Source of the DNA: Pseudobdellovibrionaceae bacterium
GTDB taxonomy: Bacteria; Bdellovibrionota; Bdellovibrionia; Bdellovibrionales; UBA1609
Length of the DNA: 64,000 nucleotides
NCBI GenBank assembly: GCA_947444305.1
Contig: CANEZP010000013.1
Location: forward strand, 65,375-129,374
Direction of reading: 5' to 3'
Notes under the pieces: model-generated
Databases searched by the model: none
What the model saw: only the letters and a program-made list of their open reading frames with translations
Told to the model about the DNA's origin: nothing
Position numbers and translations under genes: made by a program
Shown here: positions 26,762 through 35,401 of the stretch, piece after piece
Position numbering within the stretch: position 1 is the first letter of the stretch
Layout: each line of letters opens with the position of its first letter

Positions 26762-26797
26762 CTTCTGCTTCTGCTTCTGCTTCTGCTCCTGCTTCTG
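26762..26797. repeat. Hexanucleotide microsatellite (CTTCTG)x6, one unit CTCCTG
   Basis: Read directly: cttctg cttctg cttctg cttctg ctcctg cttctg, in non-coding DNA between modules P2 and P3. Confidence 0.9.
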
Positions 26798-26836
26798 AAG
26801 TTCAGACCAAACTCATCGAACAAAGCTTCTCTAAAA

Positions 26837-26876
26837 TTCAACGCAGCATTTCCTGTCCAGACAGGAAAAGGTGCGT
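26837..26876. repeat. Palindromic repeat module P3, copy A
   Basis: ttcaacgcagcatttcctgtccagacaggaaaaggtgcgt. It matches the reverse complement of 29891-29930 with 2 mismatches and abuts the stop of the minus-strand 67-aa ORF. Confidence 0.85.
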
Positions 26877-27079
26877 TAATCTTTCTTCTTCATCTCATCG
26901 CTTGAGAAAATGTCGCGGTCGTCGACCTTTGCGCCTTCTTGATGTTCATTGATGGTGCGCAAAGCTTCTTTGCCGGTGATGCCGACCCACTCCGGGAAAA
27001 AGATCATCAAAACGATGTAGCCGCCAAAGCCCACGAAAAGAAGAAATAAAACGATCCCAATCATCCACGCATTATCCAC
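26876..27079 (-). CDS. Small membrane protein (67 aa) downstream of lgt
   Basis: One strong TM segment (MIGIVLFLLFVGFGGYIVLMIFF) and a charged tail. The start codon abuts the lgt stop. Confidence 0.4.
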   Translation of the reverse strand: MDNAWMIGIVLFLLFVGFGGYIVLMIFFPEWVGITGKEALRTINEHQEGAKVDDRDIFSSDEMKKKD

Positions 27080-28224
27080 TATCTCTTCCCTTTCTTTTTC
27101 TTACGCGCCGTCGACGGTGCGGGAGCACCGGCGGGCGCTAATTCCAGGCCTTCGCCCGAGAGCCAGCCACCAAGTTTGGGCGCCGGGCGCATGAGAGCCC
27201 AAATGAGAAATACAATACCTACCGCCAGCATTCCAATCGAAATCCACTGCCCGCGGGTCAAACCCCACAGTTGAAATCCGATCTGCGCGTCGGGCATGCG
27301 GAACTGTTCGCCGAAGATACGGGCCAAGCAATAAAGCGAGCCGAACGAAGCCGCGATCACGCCGGGTTTTTGCGGACGGCGCCAGATGATGAGCAATACG
27401 ATAAAAACCAAAAGACCTTCAACCAAAGCTTGAATCAACTGCGAGGGGTAGCGCGCGGTTAATGCCTGAGCGAGCGCGTCGGTTACTGGGCCGTTCTTCT
27501 CTTGCGTGGCTTTGATCATCGCCTCGATGCCTTCTTGCACGCGCAGGCGTGATCCCAGATCGCGCGCGTAATTGTCGACCCAAGTTTGCCAAGAGCTCGC
27601 GTTGACTTGAATGACCTCGCCCGCCGAAGTTTTGAATTCTCGCAAGGCTTCGGCCGCGCCCTTTAAAGAAGAAAGCTTCGAACTGTCCTTCGCGGCCCAA
27701 AGACCCATCTCCTGCGGAAATTTAACCGCCCAACTTAAACCTTCCGGCGCGGGACGGCCGAACAATTCGCCGTTTACAAAATTGGCCAACCTCCCGAAGA
27801 AAAAACCGAGCGCCGAGCCGAAAACCGTCAAATCAAGGCAATGCAGCCAAGTCATTTTGTTGTAACGTCCGTAAAGGTAGCAGACCAACATCACACCGAG
27901 GATACCCCCGTGCGAGGCCATGCCGCCTTCGTTCACCTTCAGCACGCTCCAGAAAGGAAAGCTGCCGTCGAACGACCACAACAAATCCGGCGCGTAGAAT
28001 AAGCAGTAACCGACCCTGCCCCCACCGAGCACGCCGATCGCGCAGTAGGTAGTGAAGTCGGCAATTTGATCGACGCGGAATTGCGTGCGGCCCGCGCGGG
28101 TCATCCACAACACGGCGAAGTAACCGGTCACGAGACCCGCGAGGTAGGCTAAGCCGTACCAACGGATACCGAAAGTTTCAGTGAACTGAATCGCGAACGG
28201 ACTTAAATTGTGAACCCATGTCAT
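27079..28224 (-). CDS. lgt: Phosphatidylglycerol-prolipoprotein diacylglyceryl transferase
   Basis: 381 aa. FGIRWYGLAYLAGL, GRLANFVNGELFGRP and RYPSQLIQALVEGLLVF blocks match the Lgt signatures. It is longer than typical Lgt because of an insertion and a Lys-rich tail. Confidence 0.9.
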   Translation of the reverse strand: MTWVHNLSPFAIQFTETFGIRWYGLAYLAGLVTGYFAVLWMTRAGRTQFRVDQIADFTTYCAIGVLGGGRVGYCLFYAPDLLWSFDGSFPFWSVLKVNEGGMASHGGILGVMLVCYLYGRYNKMTWLHCLDLTVFGSALGFFFGRLANFVNGELFGRPAPEGLSWAVKFPQEMGLWAAKDSSKLSSLKGAAEALREFKTSAGEVIQVNASSWQTWVDNYARDLGSRLRVQEGIEAMIKATQEKNGPVTDALAQALTARYPSQLIQALVEGLLVFIVLLIIWRRPQKPGVIAASFGSLYCLARIFGEQFRMPDAQIGFQLWGLTRGQWISIGMLAVGIVFLIWALMRPAPKLGGWLSGEGLELAPAGAPAPSTARKKKKGKR

Positions 28225-28320
28225 AATTCAAACTGACACGTGCCCCATGGGCCGTCAAAAGGACTCATTTTTGACACAGATTGGCTTTTTGATCGTGAGA
28301 GGATTGATTACGTTCAGTGC

Positions 28321-28914
28321 ATGCCCGCGCTCATCCTCGCCAGCCAGTCGCCCTACCGCCGCCAACAGCTCGAAAATTTTGGTTTGAAATTCACCGCGCA
28401 TAAGCCCGCCGTCGATGAAGAAAAATTAAAAACCGAAGGCCCAAAAGATCTGACGGAGCTGACCCGCTTTCTCGCCGTAAAGAAAGCCGAAAGCCTCCGC
28501 GCCGAATTTCCGAATGGCGTGATCTTGGGATCGGACCAGCTCGCCGATCTGGGTGGACAACGTTTAGACAAGCCCGGATCGCACAAGAATGCATTCGCGC
28601 AGCTGAAACAAATGTCGGGCCGCGAACACCGTTTGATCACTTCGCTCGCGATGATATTCGAAGACCGTACCGAACTATTCACCGACGTGACGGTGATCAG
28701 GTTGAAAGCTTTGAGCGACGAACACATCGAAGCTTACCTGCAAAAAGACAAGCCCTACGACTGCGCCGGATCTTACAAGATTGAACGTGCCGGAATGAGT
28801 CTGGTCGAGTCCATAAAATCCGAAGATCCCAGCGCCATTCAAGGTCTGCCGATGTTGAGTTTGATGCGGGGCTTGGAAAAGTATAAAATCGCCGTATCTG
28901 ACTTCTGGGAGTAG
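28321..28914 (+). CDS. maf: Maf/YceF-like nucleoside triphosphate pyrophosphatase
   Basis: Start moved to the ATG at 28321 (MPALILASQSPYRRQQL), the canonical Maf N-terminus. Also has GSDQ and YDCAGSYKIE blocks. Confidence 0.85.
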   Translation: MPALILASQSPYRRQQLENFGLKFTAHKPAVDEEKLKTEGPKDLTELTRFLAVKKAESLRAEFPNGVILGSDQLADLGGQRLDKPGSHKNAFAQLKQMSGREHRLITSLAMIFEDRTELFTDVTVIRLKALSDEHIEAYLQKDKPYDCAGSYKIERAGMSLVESIKSEDPSAIQGLPMLSLMRGLEKYKIAVSDFWE

Positions 28915-28916
28915 CC

Positions 28917-29891
28917 ATGAAAATCACCGAACGTCCCCGCCGCCTCCGCCGCAACGCCTCGATCCGCGATCTCGTGCAAGAGAATCACTTAAGCGCCGGC
29001 GATCTCGTGTGGCCGATGTTTCTAAAAGAAGGCAGCAAACTGCGTGAGCCAATTGCGTCGCTTCCCGGCTGTTCGCGTTTGTCGATCGATACTTGCATCG
29101 AAGACGTGCGCAAGTTAGTCGACCTCGGCTTGAAGGCGGTCGAGATATTTCCCGGCATCGAAGAGAAGCTTAAGAACGACACCGCCGTCGAAGCGTTGAA
29201 TCCCAAAGGTTTGGTGCCGCAAGCGTTGCGCGCGCTTCGCAAAGCCTTCCCGCAATTGGTTTTGATTACCGACATCGCGCTTGATCCTTATTCGAGCGAC
29301 GGCCACGACGGCATCGTACGTGACGGCGAGATCATTAACGATGAGACGGTCGCGGTCCTGGTTAAGCAAGCGCAACTGCACGCCGGTTGCGGCGCCGATT
29401 TCGTAGCCCCCTCGGATATGATGGACGGTCGCATCGGCCAGATCCGTAAAGGTTTGGATGAGAAGTCATTCACCCAAACCGGAATCATCGCTTACACGGC
29501 TAAGTACGCATCAGGCTTTTACGGTCCCTTCCGCGACGCTCTCGAAAGCGCGCCCAAGTTCGGCGACAAAAAGACCTACCAGATGAACCCGATGAACTCG
29601 CGCGAAGCTCTGCGCGAAGCCAAACTCGATCAAGCGGAAGGCGCCGATATCCTGCTAGTTAAACCCGCGCTCGCCTACCTCGACATCATTTTCATGATTA
29701 AACAAAAAACGTATTTACCGATGGCGGCCTACAACGTCAGCGGCGAGTACGCGATGGTGAAAGCCGGCGCGGCTGCGGGTTGGCTCAACGAGCAGACGGC
29801 CGTCATGGAAATCCTCGGTTCAATCAAACGCGCGGGCGCCGATATGATCTTCACGTACCACACGCCCGACGTTCTGAAGTGGCTGCGTTAA
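28917..29891 (+). CDS. hemB: Porphobilinogen synthase (delta-aminolevulinic acid dehydratase)
   Basis: 324 aa. RPRRLRRNASIRDLV N-terminus, an active-site Lys region (ADILLVKPALAYLDII) and YNVSGEYAM. Confidence 0.95.
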   Translation: MKITERPRRLRRNASIRDLVQENHLSAGDLVWPMFLKEGSKLREPIASLPGCSRLSIDTCIEDVRKLVDLGLKAVEIFPGIEEKLKNDTAVEALNPKGLVPQALRALRKAFPQLVLITDIALDPYSSDGHDGIVRDGEIINDETVAVLVKQAQLHAGCGADFVAPSDMMDGRIGQIRKGLDEKSFTQTGIIAYTAKYASGFYGPFRDALESAPKFGDKKTYQMNPMNSREALREAKLDQAEGADILLVKPALAYLDIIFMIKQKTYLPMAAYNVSGEYAMVKAGAAAGWLNEQTAVMEILGSIKRAGADMIFTYHTPDVLKWLR

Positions 29892-29930
29892 CGCACTTTT
29901 TCCTGTCTGGAAAGGAAATGCTGCGTTGAA
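29891..29930. repeat. Palindromic repeat module P3, copy B
   Basis: acgcactttttcctgtctggaaaggaaatgctgcgttgaa. It begins at the last base of the hemB stop codon. Confidence 0.85.
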
Positions 29931-29979
29931 ATTGCCTTCCGGCTGCTTCGACTTCAAAAATTAAAATTCAAGAATTTTT

Positions 29980-30022
29980 CAATTTCTTCCGCCGGGATGG
30001 CGGAAGAAGGCCACTGTCAGGA
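29980..30022. repeat. Repeat module P2, copy B
   Basis: caatttcttccgccgggatggcggaagaaggccactgtcagga, the exact reverse complement of 26591-26633. Confidence 0.9.
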
Positions 30023-30065
30023 TGCTCAATTTGCGTGAATAGCAGATGAGGCTATTGAAGCCTTG

Positions 30066-30099
30066 CGCACCGCTTAAATCCCAGGATTTAAACAGTGCG
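30066..30099. repeat. Palindromic repeat module P1, copy B
   Basis: Exact reverse complement of 26433-26466. Confidence 0.9.
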
Positions 30100-30196
30100 A
30101 TAGAAGAAAGAACGCTGACCTGCGGTTCGCAATACTGAAACCAACCACTGACCTGCGGCCGCAACATAAAATAGCCGCAGACTTGCGCTCGCAATA

Positions 30197-30847
30197 TCAA
30201 GCGGCTTTGATCAAACGCGCGACGACGACTTCTTCTTTCGCTTGTTCCGCTTCGGTCTTCTTCATGAAAGGCAGGTACTCGAGAAACGCCTTCGCCAAGC
30301 GCTCGTCGAATTGTTTGCCGGAATAGGCTTTGATCTCGGCGATCGCTTTCTCTTCGGGCAAAGCATTGCGGTACGGGCGGGCGTTTGTCATGGCATCGTA
30401 GCTATCGACGATGGCGATCAAACGCGCGAAGATGGGGATCTGATCGCCGCTCATCATGTTGGGGTAGCCGCCGCCGTCGATTTTTTCGTGGTGATAGCGA
30501 ATCCCGGGCATAAGAAAGCGGAAGAACGGAACGTGATCCAAGTGTTGAATCATCTCGGCGCTCAACGTCGGATGTGATTTCATGACTTCGATCTCGGCCG
30601 AATCTAAACGCCCCGGCTTGACCAAAATTTCGGTCGGGATTTGCGCCTTGCCGATGTCATGGAACAAACCGGAGTACTCGAGAATAGCTTGTTCAAATTC
30701 GTTCAGTCCGATGGCTTTGGCGAGGGCGCGTGATCCGCGGCCGACCCGGCAGCAGTGATCAAACGTAAACGGATCTTTGGCCTTCACTTCTTCTAGAAGT
30801 TCACGTGCCGTTTCTAAAGACCATTCCGGAATATCGTCCCAAGCCAA
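30197..30847 (-). CDS. Stand-alone HD-GYP domain phosphodiesterase (c-di-GMP/cyclic-dinucleotide signalling)
   Basis: 216 aa. HD motif (GLFHDIGK) and HHEKIDGGGYP signature. No receiver or sensor domain. Confidence 0.85.
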   Translation of the reverse strand: MAWDDIPEWSLETARELLEEVKAKDPFTFDHCCRVGRGSRALAKAIGLNEFEQAILEYSGLFHDIGKAQIPTEILVKPGRLDSAEIEVMKSHPTLSAEMIQHLDHVPFFRFLMPGIRYHHEKIDGGGYPNMMSGDQIPIFARLIAIVDSYDAMTNARPYRNALPEEKAIAEIKAYSGKQFDERLAKAFLEYLPFMKKTEAEQAKEEVVVARLIKAA

Positions 30848-31004
30848 AGTCTACCTCGCGAGCAAGAGTGCAACGGGACGTAAAGCTTACGCCCCGCAAA
30901 TAGATTACGGAGACGTCACCTTACGTCCCGCAACAATGATTTATCGGCCCATGACGAGCCGGTCTTGATCATTTACGAGGTAAAATCCCGGATTGAGACG
31001 CCGT

Positions 31005-33740
31005 TTAAGCGAGATAAGGCTTCAAGTACTCGCCGGTGATGCTTTGCTTGTTCCGCGCCACGGTTTCGGGTGGTCCGGCCGCGACGATGTAGCCACCGCC
31101 CGTCCCGCCTTCGGGACCAAGGTCGATCACGTGGTCGGCCGTTTTGATCACGTCGAGGTGATGCTCGATCACCAAAACGGTGTTGCCGTGGGTCGCGAGT
31201 TCTTGCAGTAGATCGATCAGCTTGCTGACGTCTTCGAAATGCAAACCGGTTGTCGGTTCATCGAGAATGTAAAGCGTTTTGCCGGTATCGCGTTTCGACA
31301 GTTCACGCGACAACTTCACCCGCTGCGCTTCACCGCCCGACAAGGTCGTCGAACTTTGCCCGAGGCTAATGTAATCCAAGCCTACGCGATGAAGCGTATC
31401 GAGCTTGCGCGCGATGTGCCGGTTGTTCTTAAAAAACTCGAGCGCCTCTTCGACGGTCATCTCAAGAACGTCGGCGATCGACTTTTCTTTAAACTTTACG
31501 TTAAGCAATTCGCGATTGTAGCGGCGCCCTTGGCAAACTTCGCATTTCACAAAAACGTCGGAGAGAAAGTGCATTTCGACCCGCACCTGCCCGCCCCCGC
31601 GGCACGTTTCGCAGCGGCCACCTTTGACGTTGAAACTGAAGTGGCCCGGTTTAAAGCCGCGCACTTTCGCTTCGGGCAAAGCCGAGTAAAGATCGCGGAT
31701 CATCGGGAACAAACCGACGTAAGTCGCCGGTACCGAGCGCGGCGTGCGCCCGATCGGCTTTTGGTTGATCTCGATGATCTTGTCGATATTTTCGGTGCCG
31801 CTGATTTTTTTGAACGGTGCCGGCTGCAAAGACGAGTCGTTAAATTCGCGCGCGAGATGACGATAAAGAGTATCGATAATCAAAGTTGATTTACCCGAAC
31901 CCGAAACACCCGTGACGGCGGTCAAAGTGCCGAGCGGGATTTCGAGCGTGACGTCGTGCAGGTTATTGCCCGTCGCGCCTTCGAGCTTAATGAATTTACC
32001 CGTGCCCGGACGGCGTTCTTTGGGAACGGCGATCTTTTTCTTGCCCGACAAATATTGCCCGGTGAGCGAATTGTCGTCGTGGATCATGTTTTGCGGATGC
32101 CCCTGCGCCATCACGCTGCCGCCGAGACGGCCCGCACGCGGGCCCATGTCGATCAAATGATCGGCCAGTCGAATCGTTTCCTCATCGTGTTCGACCATGA
32201 GAACGGTATTGCCGCGGTCGCGAATCTCTTGAATCATTTCGAGCAAACGGTGGTGATCCCGCGGGTGCAAACCGATCGAAGGTTCATCGAGCACGTACAA
32301 AATTCCGACGAGGCCCGACCCGACTTGCGTCGCCAGCCGGATACGCTGCGCTTCACCACCGGAGAGCGTTCGCGTGGGCCGTGACAAACTTAAATACCCG
32401 GCGCCGACGCGCTCGAGGTAGGTCATGCGGCTCGAAATCTGCTGCAAGATTTTTTCACCGATCATTTGTTGTTTGGGGCCGAGATTCAAACTCGACATCC
32501 ATTTCAGAAAATCGGAGGCCGCCATATTCGACAAATCGGTGATGTTTTGCCCCTGCATCAAAACATTGCGCGCGTCTTCGTTCAGACGCGAACCTTTGCA
32601 GTCGGGGCAAACGCGAATTTTATATTCGTCGACGCCGTCTTCTTCATCTTCGTCATCAGCGTCGGCCTGAACTTTTTTGTTCTTATAATAATACTTTGTC
32701 GTGGTGAGATTGCGCCGGCCTTCGCCGGGCCCGGCGTAAGCGGAAACTTCGGCCTGCACTTCCTGAAAATCGAGAGTGCCGAGTCCGTTGCAAGTCACGC
32801 ACGCACCGCGCGGGTTATTGAAGCTGAACAAACGCGGCTCAAGATCGGGCACGGTGTGACCGCACTCGGGGCAGCTGCGGTGAATCGAGAAGGTCTCGAT
32901 CTTACCGGCGTCTTTACCGGTATCCGAGTTTTCGATCTTCACCAAACCTTGCGCGAGGCTGAGCGCGAGATTAACGCTTTCTTTCAACCGACCGCCGAAC
33001 TTGGGATCAACGACCAAACGGTCGATCATCAAGTCGATGTCGTGAGATTTATTTTTTGATAACTTCGTGGCCTTTTCAAGATCTACCCAAGTGCCGTCGA
33101 CGCGCGCGCGGGTGAAACCTTTCTTCATCCATTTCTGGAATTCGGCCATGAACTCGCCTTTTTTACCGCGGGCGACCGGAGATAAAACCATGTACTTGGT
33201 GCCGGGCTTCATTCCCGAGACCATGTCGATAATTTCTTGCGGCGTTTGCGACTCGAGCGGCACGTGGTGATTCGGGCAATGCGGCACGCCGACGCGCGCG
33301 TAGAGCAGACGTAAGTAATCGTAAACTTCCGTCACCGTACCGACCGTCGAGCGCGGATTGGTCGAAATCGATTTTTGATCGATCGCAATCGCCGGCGACA
33401 AACCTTCGATCGAATCGACATCGGGCTTTTTAAGTTGCAGCAAAAATTGGCGCGCGTACGTGCTCAAAGATTCGACGAAGCGGCGTTGGCCTTCGGCAAA
33501 GATGGTGTCGAACGCGAGCGAAGATTTACCCGAACCGCTTAAGCCCGTGATCACGGTGATGCGGTCGCGCGGGATGAAAATATCGATGTTCTTTAAGTTG
33601 TGTTCGCGGGCGCCACGAACCGTAATCCCCTCGATGGGATTACGTTTGATCATAACCGGCTTGGGTGGCGCATCCCCCGCCTTAGCCGGGATAACTTTCT
33701 TCTTCTTAGATGATTTGCGTTCGGTCTGAACACTCGACAA
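31005..33740 (-). CDS. uvrA: Excinuclease ABC subunit A
   Basis: 911 aa. Two ABC ATPase modules (GLSGSGKSS, GVSGSGKST, LSGGEAQR x2), zinc-finger CxxC pairs and the IEHHLDVIKTADHVIDLGPEGG tail. Confidence 0.97.
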   Translation of the reverse strand: MSSVQTERKSSKKKKVIPAKAGDAPPKPVMIKRNPIEGITVRGAREHNLKNIDIFIPRDRITVITGLSGSGKSSLAFDTIFAEGQRRFVESLSTYARQFLLQLKKPDVDSIEGLSPAIAIDQKSISTNPRSTVGTVTEVYDYLRLLYARVGVPHCPNHHVPLESQTPQEIIDMVSGMKPGTKYMVLSPVARGKKGEFMAEFQKWMKKGFTRARVDGTWVDLEKATKLSKNKSHDIDLMIDRLVVDPKFGGRLKESVNLALSLAQGLVKIENSDTGKDAGKIETFSIHRSCPECGHTVPDLEPRLFSFNNPRGACVTCNGLGTLDFQEVQAEVSAYAGPGEGRRNLTTTKYYYKNKKVQADADDEDEEDGVDEYKIRVCPDCKGSRLNEDARNVLMQGQNITDLSNMAASDFLKWMSSLNLGPKQQMIGEKILQQISSRMTYLERVGAGYLSLSRPTRTLSGGEAQRIRLATQVGSGLVGILYVLDEPSIGLHPRDHHRLLEMIQEIRDRGNTVLMVEHDEETIRLADHLIDMGPRAGRLGGSVMAQGHPQNMIHDDNSLTGQYLSGKKKIAVPKERRPGTGKFIKLEGATGNNLHDVTLEIPLGTLTAVTGVSGSGKSTLIIDTLYRHLAREFNDSSLQPAPFKKISGTENIDKIIEINQKPIGRTPRSVPATYVGLFPMIRDLYSALPEAKVRGFKPGHFSFNVKGGRCETCRGGGQVRVEMHFLSDVFVKCEVCQGRRYNRELLNVKFKEKSIADVLEMTVEEALEFFKNNRHIARKLDTLHRVGLDYISLGQSSTTLSGGEAQRVKLSRELSKRDTGKTLYILDEPTTGLHFEDVSKLIDLLQELATHGNTVLVIEHHLDVIKTADHVIDLGPEGGTGGGYIVAAGPPETVARNKQSITGEYLKPYLA

Positions 33741-33743
33741 TGC

Positions 33744-34253
33744 TTACTCCGTCTGACAGCGTGGACATATCCCGTACAGCTCAAGAACGTGATGGGTTAG
33801 GCGGAAATTATGCTCCTTCGCCACCATCTCTTGCAAGGTCTCGATTTGCGGACTTTCAAACTCCACGATTTGGGAGCACTGAACACACGTTAAATGATCA
33901 TGATGTCGACGGGGCGTTAACTCATACCTGGCGGGCAAGCCACCCATGCGCACTTCGGTGACCATGCTTTGCTCGGCCATCTTGCGCAAAAATCTATAAA
34001 CGGTGGCGAAGCCGATCTCGGGATATTTCGCGTTCACCATTTCGAACACTTCTTGCGCGGTCACGTGGGCCCGGCCGGCCGACAACGATTCTAAAATTGC
34101 CATTCGCTGCTGAGTGACCTTCAAACCCATCTGCCGGATCATGCGCTTGAACGCCGAAGGATCGACGGGTTCGCGGCGAATCAGTTTTTCGGGTTCGACG
34201 GGGTTGCGGCCCTTGGTCAGAATCGGTGCGGTCGTAGTGATTTCCATCTTCAT
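33744..34253 (-). CDS. Fur-family metalloregulator (Fur/Zur/PerR type)
   Basis: 169 aa. Winged-helix block (ATVYRFL), HHDHLTCVQC...CPRC metal sites. It is 3 nt upstream of uvrA. Confidence 0.85.
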   Translation of the reverse strand: MKMEITTTAPILTKGRNPVEPEKLIRREPVDPSAFKRMIRQMGLKVTQQRMAILESLSAGRAHVTAQEVFEMVNAKYPEIGFATVYRFLRKMAEQSMVTEVRMGGLPARYELTPRRHHDHLTCVQCSQIVEFESPQIETLQEMVAKEHNFRLTHHVLELYGICPRCQTE

Positions 34254-34307
34254 CTCCGGAAGTAGACGGCAGACTACGAGTAACTGATAACGATTGTCAA
34301 TTCAGTT

Positions 34308-35393
34308 TCAAGTTACCGGCAAATTCGCCAGGCCAAGCTTGAGGAGGTTCTGGGGCTGCAACTTCCCGCGATAAAACGAAAGCAGCCACGCCGGAAGCGC
34401 CGATCCACTCGCTGGAGTTTTCGGCCCGCGTGTCCAACCGAGCCGGGCGAAGGCGTCGTTGGCCAAGGCCGTGAGCGCACCGTCGTCGGCGAGCCCCTCT
34501 TCTACCGCGGCGATGATTTCGTTGGCCTTCGTTCGAGGAACCTTTAGAACTTTGCGCGCCGTCAGCGAAGCCCGGGATGCATTGACCGCCTCGAGACCTA
34601 GGAAAAGTGACCATGCACAAAAACGGCGGAACTCGAGCTGCCCGGCCGGCAACGACAGTAAAAACTCAAAGGCTTGAACCGCGTTGCTTTCGGCGCTCGC
34701 TTCAACTTCCGGGCGTGAGGGCAATAAGTGGCGGCCCGCCGTTTCGTCGGTGACCTGATCTTTCAGAAGATTCACTTTCTGTAAGAACAAACCGAAGTGG
34801 TGCGCGCGTAGCACGCTTGCTTGATCCACGGGAAACAACGGATCAACTTTCGCGAGGAGTTTGGCCAAAAGCTCGCCCACGAGGCCCGCTACAAAAAAAC
34901 AATATTGATTTACTTCATTTAAGCTGCGAAGGCGAAGGGTGCCGGGCTCATTCACCTCGGCAAAGTGTTGCATTCCCATCGACATACTATTGACCAACTC
35001 GGTCACCAGCTCGCGAACTTCGGGAGGAAGCTTATGTAAATCGCGCAAGATAACCGCCGCGTCGTCGAGCAGCGCGCGTTCGTGAGAGTTGATGTCCATC
35101 GAGAACATGGCCGACCAACCCTGAAGGGCATCGCAACGCTCAACGTGCAGCAACGCTTGATCGAACAACGCGAACGCTCTTTTTTGTTCCGGTTTTGAAA
35201 GCCAGGGAGAATCTTCGACGGTATCGAGAATGCGGCATAACAGGTAACTTAGGCCCACCCACGAGCGCAGCGGATCGGGCAATTGCCTTATACAGAACGC
35301 AAAGCTGCGGCTGACTCTGTCCAAGTGGGTTTGGTAAAATTCGGCATCCTTCAACATCAGTACGAAGATGAAGGAGGCGCGGCGTAAGGTCAA
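34308..35393 (-). CDS. Squalene/phytoene synthase family protein, closest by eye to eukaryote-type squalene synthase
   Basis: SRSFAFCIRQLPDPLRSWVGLSYLLCRILDTVEDS parallels the SQS block SRSFA..I..L......V..FYLVLRALDT.ED. YCFFVAGLVGELL parallels YC.YVAGLVG. Confidence 0.75.
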   Translation of the reverse strand: MTLRRASFIFVLMLKDAEFYQTHLDRVSRSFAFCIRQLPDPLRSWVGLSYLLCRILDTVEDSPWLSKPEQKRAFALFDQALLHVERCDALQGWSAMFSMDINSHERALLDDAAVILRDLHKLPPEVRELVTELVNSMSMGMQHFAEVNEPGTLRLRSLNEVNQYCFFVAGLVGELLAKLLAKVDPLFPVDQASVLRAHHFGLFLQKVNLLKDQVTDETAGRHLLPSRPEVEASAESNAVQAFEFLLSLPAGQLEFRRFCAWSLFLGLEAVNASRASLTARKVLKVPRTKANEIIAAVEEGLADDGALTALANDAFARLGWTRGPKTPASGSALPAWLLSFYRGKLQPQNLLKLGLANLPVT

Positions 35394-35401
35394 ATCGGAT
35401 T

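Noticed and set aside
26762-26797. Checked tandem and interspersed repeats for a CRISPR array
   Set aside because: The only tandem array is a 6-nt microsatellite. The other repeats are palindromic modules without regularly spaced unique spacers, and no cas genes are present.
26483-26952. ORF-track ORFs in the repeat-rich intergenic regions (26483-26758, 26705-26905, 26752-26952, 29979-30200, 59905-60339 set)
   Set aside because: They are built from palindromic modules, a microsatellite (poly-Leu / Ser-Ala runs) or a polypyrimidine tract. The same DNA occurs in both orientations elsewhere, which is incompatible with a conserved protein.
26433-30099. Idea that the inverted P1-P2-P3 arrays define an invertible DNA segment or a composite transposon carrying lgt-maf-hemB
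   Set aside because: No recombinase, invertase or transposase is present, and the bracketed genes are core housekeeping genes. The identical stretches are only 34-43 nt, and the same modules occur at other stop codons. A REP/BIME-like terminator mosaic is the simpler reading; the inversion test is listed under the finding.
30874-30930. Imperfect inverted repeat cgggacgtaa / ttacgtcccg (10-bp stem, ~38-nt loop) between uvrA and the HD-GYP gene
   Set aside because: There is no U-tract on the transcribed (minus) strand and the loop is large. It could be a protein-binding site or a weak uvrA 3' structure, but I cannot support a specific call.
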